This document shows positions 1 to 8,781 of a stretch of DNA of 36,940 bases, piece after piece (positions within the stretch are counted from its first letter, which is position 1; each line of letters starts with the position of its first letter). The stretch covers positions 1 through 36,940 of the IMG/VR virus record IMGVR_UViG_3300025658_000004; one strand, given 5' to 3'. A program made the position numbers and the translations under genes. This DNA comes from a virus. Lineage: Duplodnaviria > Caudoviricetes. The notes under the pieces are model-generated. The model saw nothing but the letters and a program-made list of their open reading frames with translations, did not search any database and was not told where the DNA came from.

Positions 1-1
1 A

Positions 2-1732
2 TTAGATCCAAATTGGAATAACACTGTAACAATTAACGGAGGAATAGGTACCATACCTTATATGAAAGGTGCTTGGCCTAATAGTGTAGACTCTGGTGCA
101 ATTACTGTTGGCTCTTTAAGTAACCGTGCTGACTTTAGACGATCTTCTTTTAGTAACTTTGGACCAGCTATAGATATATTTGCACCAGGACATAAAATTT
201 TATCTGCATGGCCTAATCCTGATACTATCGCCGGTAGTTTAAACGGAGAAGGCATAGTAGACACAAAAGGAGCAACTCGAGGCAGCGGCAATTGGTTTTA
301 TCCTATCAACGGGACTAGTATGGCCAGTCCTCAAGTAGCTGGTATAATAGCCTGTGCAGCAAGTGGGAAGAAAAGATTTTCACAAGGAGATGCTTACAGT
401 CTAATACATAATACTTCTGAACGTAATGACATGTCATTTGACATTGCAGGCGGTTTATACAACGATGATACTTCTCAACACAATAGCCCTAACGAATACG
501 TGCTTTCTCATAACCCAAGAAAGTCAGAAGGATATATTAGCGGATGGAATGGCAACACTTTAAAGGGTAAACGCAAGTCCAAAGACGTATCGAGGGGATT
601 AACATCTCAAGCACAATTATTTCCTAGACAGAATACTTTAGTTGATATAGATCCGGAATACACCTTAAACACAAATGGTGTAGTTACAACTAACGAAGGT
701 TCTAACGTAACCTTTGTACTACAAACAAAAAATGTAAGTCCAGACACACAAATACCTTTTACTATAACAGGTGTATCTAGTGCAGATATCGACGGCGCAA
801 GTTTGACAGGAGTATTTACAGCATTGTCTGGTACTTCGCAAATATTTAACATAACAAGCGATAACTTACTCGAAGGTTTAGAAACAATGACTGTTACGCT
901 AGATGGGTTAGGTGTAAGTGCAGCAGTCGGAATCAATGATACAAGTTACCCTAATTGGGATCCAGGTACTGACATTACAACTGCATTTTGGTTAGATGCT
1001 TCAGATACAGGCAGTTACACACTCAGTGGAAGCAATGTAACAGCAGTAACAGACAAAGCAGGCAATGCCACTGTTACAGTAAATGGCACTCCTAATACTA
1101 GCACTACACTGGACGGCAAGAACGTATTTACATTTGTTCCGAATGAAGATTTTACCACCGACGAGATTACACAAGCCAGCAATGGCAATCACTGGGCAAT
1201 AGGGTTGATGCAATGGAACACTCGCAACAACTCACAGGATAGTTTCTGGAGTACAGAAAACAACAGCGGATCAATAGCAAATAAAAGAGACTATGCTATT
1301 AGTGCTGGTGCCAGTAACTTTGATGGTGAGTTGGATTTAGACGGATTAGTTTCAGGCAGGATATCATCCACCATAGGAAACAAACAGGATTTTGATTCAG
1401 GTGTAGCACAAAACACTTGGATTATTATGGTTGTTATATTCAACAAGACAGGCAATCAAATTGCACTAAGGGTTGACGGTACAGATGCATTTACACCTGT
1501 GAATGATTATGACAACTCACTAGACACCCTTATGGATCTACGTATCTTCCGTAACAGATCAAACGAAAGAATGGGCGGTAAAATGGCAGAGTTTTTCTCA
1601 TCTGCAACTATTCCAGGTACAGGCAGTACAGACATCTCAACTGTAGAAAAAGCAGAAGGTTATCTTGCCCATAAATGGGGATTGACCGGAAGCTTGCCAT
1701 CAAACCATCCATATAAGAATACTCAACCATAA
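2..1732 (+). CDS. 5'-truncated subtilisin-like (S8) serine protease with Calx-beta-like and C-terminal LamG/concanavalin-like domains; probable virion-associated protein
   Basis: The frame is open from base 2 (LDPNWNN...), so the true start is outside the window. S8 motifs ITVGS, FSNFG, DIFAPG and catalytic-Ser GTSMASPQVAG are present. Calx-beta-like segment NEGSNVTF...DNLLEGLETMTVTL...INDTS. Lectin-like tail FWLDASD...EGYLAHKWGL. Confidence 0.8.
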   Translation, partial: LDPNWNNTVTINGGIGTIPYMKGAWPNSVDSGAITVGSLSNRADFRRSSFSNFGPAIDIFAPGHKILSAWPNPDTIAGSLNGEGIVDTKGATRGSGNWFYPINGTSMASPQVAGIIACAASGKKRFSQGDAYSLIHNTSERNDMSFDIAGGLYNDDTSQHNSPNEYVLSHNPRKSEGYISGWNGNTLKGKRKSKDVSRGLTSQAQLFPRQNTLVDIDPEYTLNTNGVVTTNEGSNVTFVLQTKNVSPDTQIPFTITGVSSADIDGASLTGVFTALSGTSQIFNITSDNLLEGLETMTVTLDGLGVSAAVGINDTSYPNWDPGTDITTAFWLDASDTGSYTLSGSNVTAVTDKAGNATVTVNGTPNTSTTLDGKNVFTFVPNEDFTTDEITQASNGNHWAIGLMQWNTRNNSQDSFWSTENNSGSIANKRDYAISAGASNFDGELDLDGLVSGRISSTIGNKQDFDSGVAQNTWIIMVVIFNKTGNQIALRVDGTDAFTPVNDYDNSLDTLMDLRIFRNRSNERMGGKMAEFFSSATIPGTGSTDISTVEKAEGYLAHKWGLTGSLPSNHPYKNTQP

Positions 1733-1735
1733 ATA
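1730..1735 (+). promoter_or_regulatory. T4-late-like promoter core TAAATA, 4 nt before the ATG
   Basis: CATAAATActttATG; the same motif recurs before many genes in the window. Confidence 0.6.
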
Positions 1736-1739
1736 CTTT

Positions 1740-2180
1740 ATGAGCAGAAGATTCGCCCAAGGTAAGTTTCATATGAAAAACCCAGACAAGTATATGGGTA
1801 ATACCTCGCCGACATATCGTAGCGGCTGGGAATATCATTTCATGAAGTTTTGTGATGACCATCCTAATGTAGAGAAATGGGTAAGCGAAGGTATACGCAT
1901 ACCATATCGAAATCCGTTGTCAGGTAAACAAACAATATATGTACCAGATTTTTTTATTAGTTATATGGATGTGTCAGGTAAAAAACACAACGAGTTAATA
2001 GAAGTAAAGCCTAGTAATCAAGCACTAAAAGAAAAAGTAGGCAAGTCGAAATACAATCAAGCACACTATGTCATTAATCAAGCCAAGTGGGGCGCAGCAA
2101 GAGCATGGTGTAAACAGAAAGGTGTGATCTTTCGTATTGTAACTGAGCAAGACATTTTTCACACTGGTGGTAGAAAGTGA
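1740..2180 (+). CDS. head completion nuclease, T4 gp4-like (TnsA-type PD-(D/E)xK fold)
   Basis: KNPDKYMG, YRSGWE, WVSE..IPY, YVPDF, LIEVKP and NQAKW.AA motifs; located beside the terminase genes. Confidence 0.85.
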   Translation: MSRRFAQGKFHMKNPDKYMGNTSPTYRSGWEYHFMKFCDDHPNVEKWVSEGIRIPYRNPLSGKQTIYVPDFFISYMDVSGKKHNELIEVKPSNQALKEKVGKSKYNQAHYVINQAKWGAARAWCKQKGVIFRIVTEQDIFHTGGRK

Positions 2181-2186
2181 TGCTTA

Positions 2187-2420
2187 GTGATACATGCATT
2201 TATATTAATAGTTCTTATTGGATCAGGTGAAGACGCAAAACAACAGCCTAGTCCTATGTATTTTAGAAGTATAGACGTCTGTCAATACTATGCTAGACGT
2301 ATACCGATGCAGTATGGAAATTATGGCAGTAAATGGATGGTACCTGAGGAACATAGAATTACTGCATATTGCAAGCCTGTAAAAGTTAACCCCCAAAATA
2401 CTACTGTATATGATCGTTAA
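2187..2420 (+). CDS. small hypothetical protein, hydrophobic N-terminus, two Cys (possibly exported/membrane-anchored)
   Basis: 77-aa ORF with GTG start that fills the gap; MIHAFILIVLIG N-terminus. Confidence 0.6.
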   Translation: MIHAFILIVLIGSGEDAKQQPSPMYFRSIDVCQYYARRIPMQYGNYGSKWMVPEEHRITAYCKPVKVNPQNTTVYDR

Positions 2421-2458
2421 ATTTGCTAAATAATAGTAGCATATAATGGAACGTTTAC

Positions 2459-2965
2459 ATGACTAAAAAATTAGAAGACTTATTAAATTTGCCAGATTCT
2501 AAAGAAATTATTCAAGCAGCAGAAAAAGAAGAAAAGAAAGAGGTTAAAAAAGAAATAAAAGCTCAAGAAAAAACATTTCGTGATATAGAAGAGTTTGATA
2601 AAATTAGTACAGCATTGCCAGCTGTTAAAGGCTTAGGCGAAATGGCTGATAAAGAGCTTAACGAAGTTGCTGACAAAGCAATGACTGCATACGACGATTT
2701 AATGGATTTAGGTATGAATGTTGAAAGTCGTTACAGTGGCAGAGTGTTTGAAGTAGCAGGAACAATGCTTAAAACATCATTAGATGCTAAAATTGCAAAA
2801 CTAGATAAAAAATTAAAGATGGTAGACTTGCAATTAAAGAAAGAAAAGATGGACAAAGACAATAATCCCCGCGGTGATGGCGACATTGTAAGCGGTGAAG
2901 GGTATGTTGTTACTGACCGCAATAGCTTATTACAGAAGCTTAAAGGCATAGATAATGATAAATAA
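2459..2965 (+). CDS. terminase small subunit, T4 gp16-like
   Basis: Helical protein with the gp16-like motif RVFEVAGTMLKT followed by a coiled coil; upstream of the large terminase; TAAATA at 2427-2432. Confidence 0.65.
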   Translation: MTKKLEDLLNLPDSKEIIQAAEKEEKKEVKKEIKAQEKTFRDIEEFDKISTALPAVKGLGEMADKELNEVADKAMTAYDDLMDLGMNVESRYSGRVFEVAGTMLKTSLDAKIAKLDKKLKMVDLQLKKEKMDKDNNPRGDGDIVSGEGYVVTDRNSLLQKLKGIDNDK

Positions 2966-2981
2966 TGTATAAGGAATTACA

Positions 2982-3491
2982 ATGAGATCATTCGCAGATA
3001 TTTTAACAGAATCTAAAAAGACATATGAATTCAAAATAGGCGTTGCAGGCGAACTACCAGAAGGTTGCGTAGATAGCTTAGAAACATGCTTAGAAAAGTT
3101 TTCACTAGTAAACATGTCAACAGGTAAGAAAACACCAATTCAGGAACGTCCACTAGACTTTCCGCAGCTACAAAATATGGAAGTTACATATTATGATGTA
3201 GAAGTTTCGTACCCAACAACAACACAAGTACTACAAGAGTATGTTGGTCGTTGCTGCGGTATTAATCAAAGTCACATCATTGTACGTGGTGCAGATGATC
3301 CTAGAATTGAAGAACAAGAAGAAAAACAAGACGGCCCATACGAACCTATCTTAACTAAAGAAGAGCTAGAAAGCGAGTCAGGCCAAGATGCAGTAGCAGG
3401 TAATAGAGTAATGGACTTACTTAAAGAACTAGAAACTGCTCGCAAAGAACGCGATCACGATCCTGCAAAAGCAGCTACAACGGAGAAATAA
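2982..3491 (+). CDS. hypothetical protein, candidate internal head protein
   Basis: AGGA RBS and TAAATA at 2959-2964. The N-terminal decapeptide MRSFADILTE resembles the T4 capsid-targeting sequence. Confidence 0.7.
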   Translation: MRSFADILTESKKTYEFKIGVAGELPEGCVDSLETCLEKFSLVNMSTGKKTPIQERPLDFPQLQNMEVTYYDVEVSYPTTTQVLQEYVGRCCGINQSHIIVRGADDPRIEEQEEKQDGPYEPILTKEELESESGQDAVAGNRVMDLLKELETARKERDHDPAKAATTEK

Positions 3492-3492
3492 A

Positions 3493-4206
3493 ATGAATAT
3501 GAAGCGATTAATCGAATCAATGGATAACATCGAAGAGTGTGGTATGAATGCTAGTGCTGATCCTATGATTGCACCGCAACCTGCAGACGAAGGCAGCCCA
3601 GTAACAATGAACATTAGTTTAAATGCTAGTGGTGAAAAGAATGTATCTGATTTACTTAATATGATGAAAAATGCAGGTCTTAAAGATGCAGAGCCAGTAA
3701 CACCAGCTATGCTGCCAATGCGTCAAGATATGGAAAGACTAAATGCTATCGTAGGCGAACCAGATGATCAACCAGACATGGAACCATCAGTAGGCCAAGA
3801 AGAAATTGGTATGGATGACGAAGCTGAAGAAGCTTATGATAATGCTCCGGATCCTGAATATGGCGATCATCAAATGATGACTAAAGATTTATCAGGTGGT
3901 TTAAACCGTGAAAAGAAAATGCACAAGCCAGCAGCAGGCGGCGACAATGCAATGGCAATTGAAGACGGCGAAGAAGAGTCATACTCAATCAAAGGTAAAA
4001 GCCCAGAAGCACAACAAGAACTAGCAAGACGTGCAACTGGTGTAGATGTAGAAACACTTGAGTCTCAGCTTAAATCAAAGCTAATGTCTGCACTAAGCGA
4101 AAAGAAAAAGCAACCAGATCTAAATGACGACGGCAAGAATGACTTCAAAGATGTTCAGATTGCACGTAAGAACGCAGCAGCAAAAACAGCAGCTAAAAAG
4201 AAATAA
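3493..4206 (+). CDS. acidic, low-complexity hypothetical protein (candidate head/scaffold-associated)
   Basis: GGAG RBS; D/E/P/M-rich; DLNDDGKND motif; basic C-terminus; followed by a terminator. Confidence 0.75.
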   Translation: MNMKRLIESMDNIEECGMNASADPMIAPQPADEGSPVTMNISLNASGEKNVSDLLNMMKNAGLKDAEPVTPAMLPMRQDMERLNAIVGEPDDQPDMEPSVGQEEIGMDDEAEEAYDNAPDPEYGDHQMMTKDLSGGLNREKKMHKPAAGGDNAMAIEDGEEESYSIKGKSPEAQQELARRATGVDVETLESQLKSKLMSALSEKKKQPDLNDDGKNDFKDVQIARKNAAAKTAAKKK

Positions 4207-4235
4207 GAACGTTCTACCGACAGAGCGAACGGCCC

Positions 4236-4263
4236 AAATAGCACCTTAGGGTGCTATTTTTTT
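4236..4263 (+). terminator. rho-independent terminator
   Basis: AAATAGCACC-TTAG-GGTGCTATTT perfect stem running into a T7 tract. Confidence 0.9.
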
Positions 4264-4266
4264 GGT

Positions 4267-4272
4267 TAAATA
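4267..4272 (+). promoter_or_regulatory. late-type promoter TAAATA, 4 nt before the ATG
   Basis: GTTAAATAtaatATG directly after the terminator. Confidence 0.6.
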
Positions 4273-4276
4273 TAAT

Positions 4277-4978
4277 ATGAACATTAGTATAGAGAAAACA
4301 CCTAAGCAAGTTTTATCTCACTATGCAGTTGATACCGCAAGTGCAGTTAGCATAACACATTTGCCAGGTACACACTTATCAAAAGTAAAAGACGCTGCTA
4401 TTGAACTAAATGAAATTGCAGGTAGTGCAAAAGCTGTAATGCATATAGGTGCTAGAAATATTCAGACTGAATCTGAATTGCATGAAACATGTATTGCTGC
4501 AAAGAAAGCCGGTATTGATAAAATATTGTGTATAGGCGGCAGTACATATGAAGGTAAAGTATACCAAACTGTATTTGACTTATATGATCAATTAGCACCG
4601 TACGGATTTGAATTATCCTGTGGTGTATATCCTCAATCAGAAAGTTTTAACAATGTAGAGTGGGTACGCTACAATAAGTTTAGAGGCGGCGGCATATCGC
4701 AGTTGTGCTTTAACCCTAAGATACTAAACAATTGGATTAAGAAAACTAAGATAGGTGTGCCTAGTAATTGTAGTCTAAAAGGCTTATATAAATATATTAG
4801 ACTATGCGGGTTGACAGATAGTTTAGCACATGCACTAGGTAATCTAAAAGGTATGCGGTATGTAACTACTGACGGATTTAATACAGTTAAGTTTGTAAAG
4901 GATCTTAACGGACAAGATATTCATATCTATAATTTTGGAAAACTAGATCAAACATTAATGCAGTTGGAGTTTAAATGA
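4277..4978 (+). CDS. methylenetetrahydrofolate reductase (MetF/MTHFR)-like protein, divergent
   Basis: MTHFR-family motifs in the expected order: SIE.TP, SITHLPG, HIGARNI, ILCIGG, GVYPQS, SQLCFN, IGVP, LYKYIRLCGL, HIYNFG. ATG at 4277 chosen over the TTG at 4262, which lies in the terminator T-tract. Confidence 0.7.
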   Translation: MNISIEKTPKQVLSHYAVDTASAVSITHLPGTHLSKVKDAAIELNEIAGSAKAVMHIGARNIQTESELHETCIAAKKAGIDKILCIGGSTYEGKVYQTVFDLYDQLAPYGFELSCGVYPQSESFNNVEWVRYNKFRGGGISQLCFNPKILNNWIKKTKIGVPSNCSLKGLYKYIRLCGLTDSLAHALGNLKGMRYVTTDGFNTVKFVKDLNGQDIHIYNFGKLDQTLMQLEFK

Positions 4979-6555
4979 GCAAATCACTTGACGGTGTTCT
5001 TATTAAAAAAGCAAATAAGCAAGAACAATTTACCGAAGAACAAATACAGGATTTACAAAAATGTATGGATCCTGATACTGGGTATCTATACTTTGCAAAG
5101 AAGTTTGCATATATCCAACATCCAGTAAAAGGTAAACTGTTATTTGAACCGTTTGATTATCAGCTAGGACTAATGCACTCGTACCATAACTATCGATTTA
5201 ATATCAATATGATGCCTAGGCAAACAGGTAAGACTACGTGTGCTAGTATATACCTAGCATGGTATGCTATGTTTGTACCAGATCAGACATGTCTTATTGC
5301 TGCACACAAGTACACAGGTGCCCAAGAGATTATGTCTCGTATACGCTTTGTTTATGAAAGTTGTCCTGATCATATTAGAGCAGGTGTCACAAGTTACAAC
5401 AAAGGCTCAATAGAGTTCGAAAACGGAAGTAGAATAGTTAGTCAAACAACAACAGGTAACACAGGACGTGGTATGTCAATTTCATTACTATACTGTGACG
5501 AATTTGCATTTGTTATGCCTAATATTGCTGAAGAGTTTTGGACTTCGATATCACCTACACTTGCAACAGGTGGTCGTGCTATTCTTACAAGTACACCGAA
5601 CTCAGATGAAGATACGTTTGCTACTATTTGGAAACAAGCCGAAGATAAGTTTGATGAATACGGCAACGAGCAAGAGCTAGGTACAAACGGTTTTCACTCG
5701 TTTATTGCACATTGGAGCGAACATCCTGATCGTGACGAAGAATGGAAGAAGGCTGAAATCGGACGTATCGGCGAAGAAAAGTTTCGTCGTGAATACGGCT
5801 GTGAGTTCTTAGTCTTTGATGAAACATTAATTAACAGTCTTAAACTTGTAAACATGACAGGGATTTCGCCAATCACTAACATGGGACAAATACGTTGGTA
5901 TAAGAAGCCAACAAGTGATTATACATACTGTATTGCATTAGATCCATCGATGGGAACCGGGGGTGACTATGCTGCAATACAAGTATTCGAATTACCAACA
6001 TACAAACAAGTTGCTGAATGGCAACACAATACAACTGCTATTCCAGGACAGATTAGAGTTCTATCTGAGGTGTGCAAATACCTAGTAGAACAAACGCAAA
6101 ACCCGCAAGGAATTTACTGGAGCGTGGAGAACAATGGCATAGGCGAGGCTGCCCTTATCGTTATAAACGACTTCGGTGAAGAGAACATTCCGGGTTTGTT
6201 CGTCAGTGAGCCTATCCGCAAGGGCCACGTCCGTAAATTCCGCAAAGGATTTAATACTACACACAGTACAAAAATTACAGCGTGTAGTCGATTAAAAACC
6301 ATGGTCGAAAATGATAAAATGGAAGTATTAAGTAAGCCATTGATATCAGAACTAAAAAACTTTGTTGCAACGTCAAGTTCGTATCAAGCAAAGCCTGGCA
6401 CGACTGATGACTTAGTAAGTGCAACTCTGCTTGCTATCCGAATGATGGCAGTGCTTAAAGATTGGGACCCGCGAGTATATGATTCGTTTAATCAAACAGA
6501 TGATTTAGACGATTACGATATGCCAATGCCTATCTTCATTAGTAGCAATTATTGA
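4975..6555 (+). CDS. terminase large subunit, T4 gp17-like
   Basis: PRQTGKTT Walker A, LLYCDEFAF Walker B, STPN motif, FRREYGCEF, RNase H-like LDPSMGTGGDY, ENNGIG and DDLVSA. Confidence 0.97.
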   Translation: MSKSLDGVLIKKANKQEQFTEEQIQDLQKCMDPDTGYLYFAKKFAYIQHPVKGKLLFEPFDYQLGLMHSYHNYRFNINMMPRQTGKTTCASIYLAWYAMFVPDQTCLIAAHKYTGAQEIMSRIRFVYESCPDHIRAGVTSYNKGSIEFENGSRIVSQTTTGNTGRGMSISLLYCDEFAFVMPNIAEEFWTSISPTLATGGRAILTSTPNSDEDTFATIWKQAEDKFDEYGNEQELGTNGFHSFIAHWSEHPDRDEEWKKAEIGRIGEEKFRREYGCEFLVFDETLINSLKLVNMTGISPITNMGQIRWYKKPTSDYTYCIALDPSMGTGGDYAAIQVFELPTYKQVAEWQHNTTAIPGQIRVLSEVCKYLVEQTQNPQGIYWSVENNGIGEAALIVINDFGEENIPGLFVSEPIRKGHVRKFRKGFNTTHSTKITACSRLKTMVENDKMEVLSKPLISELKNFVATSSSYQAKPGTTDDLVSATLLAIRMMAVLKDWDPRVYDSFNQTDDLDDYDMPMPIFISSNY

Positions 6556-6561
6556 TAAATA
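6556..6561 (+). promoter_or_regulatory. late-type promoter TAAATA, 4 nt before the ATG
   Basis: GATAAATAcattATG; no Shine-Dalgarno sequence. Confidence 0.6.
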
Positions 6562-6565
6562 CATT

Positions 6566-8659
6566 ATGAAAGATCTTAACACAATAGGCGAAGAATTATT
6601 CGATAAAATTAGAGGTCGTTTTCCTAGCGTCACTATCGGCGGCGAAGACGGCAAGACTACTAACGAACCAACAGACGCTAGATTCTTTGATTTTGAATAT
6701 CAAGAATCAGGCAGACCGCTTGGTAATGTAAGTGTGTCTATATCAGAAGATGACGGCCTAACAGTAATATACTCCAAAGATATTGTTGCCAACGAAGATA
6801 GTGCAACAAAGAATACATGGTTTGAATTTTTAAAAGACCTTAGACAGTTTAGCAAAAAACGACTAATGGACTTTGATGTAAGAGATATTACTAAATCAAA
6901 TTTAACAAAAAGAGATTATAAATTTTTAGCGAACAGACGTTTCGGGGACAGTAATATGAACGAATCAAAACTATATGGCACAGCACGTACTAGCTATCAA
7001 AAGGTTGGCGAAGCACGTATAATGATTAAGCATACAGAAAATGTAAACTTAGAAGCATCCAATCCACGTACAAAAAAGATTGGTACTATCTACATTGAAA
7101 GTGCAGGCGGTGAAAGATTCAAGTATCCATTTAAGCACCTAAGCGGCGCAAGAGCAATGGCTCGTCACGTAGCAGAAGGCGGCAACTTGTATGATGACTT
7201 CGGTTCGCACATTATTGGACTATCAGAAGAGATGGCAAAACTACGCAAGTTTAAATCATACATGGGGCGTTCAGCAGTAATGGCCGAAAGCCTAAGCGAG
7301 TATGTTGATGTTGTTAAAGATCGTATCAATACAGTAAGAAAAACAATTACTGCATTACAAAAACCAAAGTTTTATGCAGAGGCATTTGCTGCATATGAAG
7401 TACCTATTTTAGAAGATGTACCAGCAGACGTTGCAGAGAACTGGACTGATCAACTTACTATTAAACAGTTTAATGAAGAACTAGCAGATGTATTCCCATA
7501 CATTTATAAACTAGTAAGCGAAGCAACAAAAGCACAAGATCTAGGCCCAGATGATTTGATAGACGAATCAGCACTTATGGCTTATGCAGGTGAAAAGAAG
7601 CACGGCAAAGCTGAAAAGACAAAAGAAGAGATTGCTATAGAGCAAGGCTTTGACAAAATGATGGGTCAGTTTGCAGAAGGCGGCATGTCCGACATTGATA
7701 TCCAAGCACAAGAATTTGCACAAGATGCAATTCAAATGGCCAAAGACATTCAAAGAGATGATTATTACTTTAGTGATAGCACATACTTTGAATTTACTGA
7801 TGGGCTAGACATGGACAACGATGCACTGATAGATCATGAGTTAGTGCAAACCGTGTTAAGAGCACTTCCAAATGTTGATATGGAAGATGAAGAAATCAAG
7901 CAAGCAGTTGATGCACTAGCAAACATGAACATTGAAGAAGATAAAGAAGTAGACGAAGCATACATTAACAATGCAAAAGATGCAGTTGATGTATTAGGCG
8001 CATTGCGTGGCAAAGGCAAAAAGATTGAAACCGGAGATGGCGAGTACGCTGGCAACTTAGCAAACGAGTATGCAAACGATGTATGGGATGTATTTACATG
8101 GTTGCAAAATAAAACTCAAGATTTTAGAGGCATGGATAAAAACGCTAAAGCTGCAATTGACGCAATGATGAAACTACGTGGCGAAGCAAAGAAGTTAGAA
8201 ACTGAGCCAGGATCAGGTAAGAACGGCAAGTTTGGTAATGCTATTGTAACTGTATTGTATCCAGTAATGGAATTAATTAATGGTATGAAATTAGAAGGCG
8301 GAAAAGATCATGATGACGATGGCGACATTGACTCAGACGATTATATGGCAGCAAAAGACATTGCAATTAAAAAAGCAATGGGCAACGACGATGAAGAAAC
8401 AAAAGACAAAAAAACACCTCTAGGTGAGTTTATTCTAAGTTACTTCGATAAAGAGTCAGGTCAATTTCCAAAAGGCGAAACTGCTGTATTAACCATGGTA
8501 GAAAAAGATTATGGTGAGCAGTTTATTAATCCTGCTAAGTCATTCATTGAGCAAGTATCAGCAAAGTTCGAAGAGTGGCAAATGCGTGATCAACCACAGC
8601 AAATGGAAACAGACAACGAAGAGTACGACAGAGTACGTCAACTAGCTGGACTAAGATAA
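6566..8659 (+). CDS. large acidic hypothetical protein (candidate processed internal head protein)
   Basis: 697-aa ORF with phage-like codon use; modular acidic middle; DHDDDGDID motif; C-terminal RVRQLAGLR. Confidence 0.8.
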   Translation: MKDLNTIGEELFDKIRGRFPSVTIGGEDGKTTNEPTDARFFDFEYQESGRPLGNVSVSISEDDGLTVIYSKDIVANEDSATKNTWFEFLKDLRQFSKKRLMDFDVRDITKSNLTKRDYKFLANRRFGDSNMNESKLYGTARTSYQKVGEARIMIKHTENVNLEASNPRTKKIGTIYIESAGGERFKYPFKHLSGARAMARHVAEGGNLYDDFGSHIIGLSEEMAKLRKFKSYMGRSAVMAESLSEYVDVVKDRINTVRKTITALQKPKFYAEAFAAYEVPILEDVPADVAENWTDQLTIKQFNEELADVFPYIYKLVSEATKAQDLGPDDLIDESALMAYAGEKKHGKAEKTKEEIAIEQGFDKMMGQFAEGGMSDIDIQAQEFAQDAIQMAKDIQRDDYYFSDSTYFEFTDGLDMDNDALIDHELVQTVLRALPNVDMEDEEIKQAVDALANMNIEEDKEVDEAYINNAKDAVDVLGALRGKGKKIETGDGEYAGNLANEYANDVWDVFTWLQNKTQDFRGMDKNAKAAIDAMMKLRGEAKKLETEPGSGKNGKFGNAIVTVLYPVMELINGMKLEGGKDHDDDGDIDSDDYMAAKDIAIKKAMGNDDEETKDKKTPLGEFILSYFDKESGQFPKGETAVLTMVEKDYGEQFINPAKSFIEQVSAKFEEWQMRDQPQQMETDNEEYDRVRQLAGLR

Positions 8660-8683
8660 ATCCAATAATAAAGCATTTTATGC

Positions 8684-8712
8684 TTGACAAGATAAATAAT
8701 ATCGTGTAGTAT
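8684..8712 (+). promoter_or_regulatory. sigma70-type promoter with a nested late TAAATA, upstream of the SSB gene
   Basis: TTGACA (8684-8689), 17-nt spacer, TAGTAT (8707-8712); TAAATA at 8693-8698 inside the spacer. Confidence 0.7.
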
Positions 8713-8781
8713 GTAATAGTGCTGCACACTTAGGCACACGACTTAAACAACGACATAGGCAACATATTAGGAGGCACAACT

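Noticed and set aside
1740-2180. TnsA-like transposase or Tn7 element
   Set aside because: The same fold is used by T4 gp4. The context is the packaging block, and no TnsB/TnsC genes or terminal repeats are seen.
4207-4276. SAM/THF/ZTP riboswitch upstream of the MetF-like gene
   Set aside because: No recognisable aptamer consensus. The gap is explained by a terminator plus a promoter lying downstream of it.
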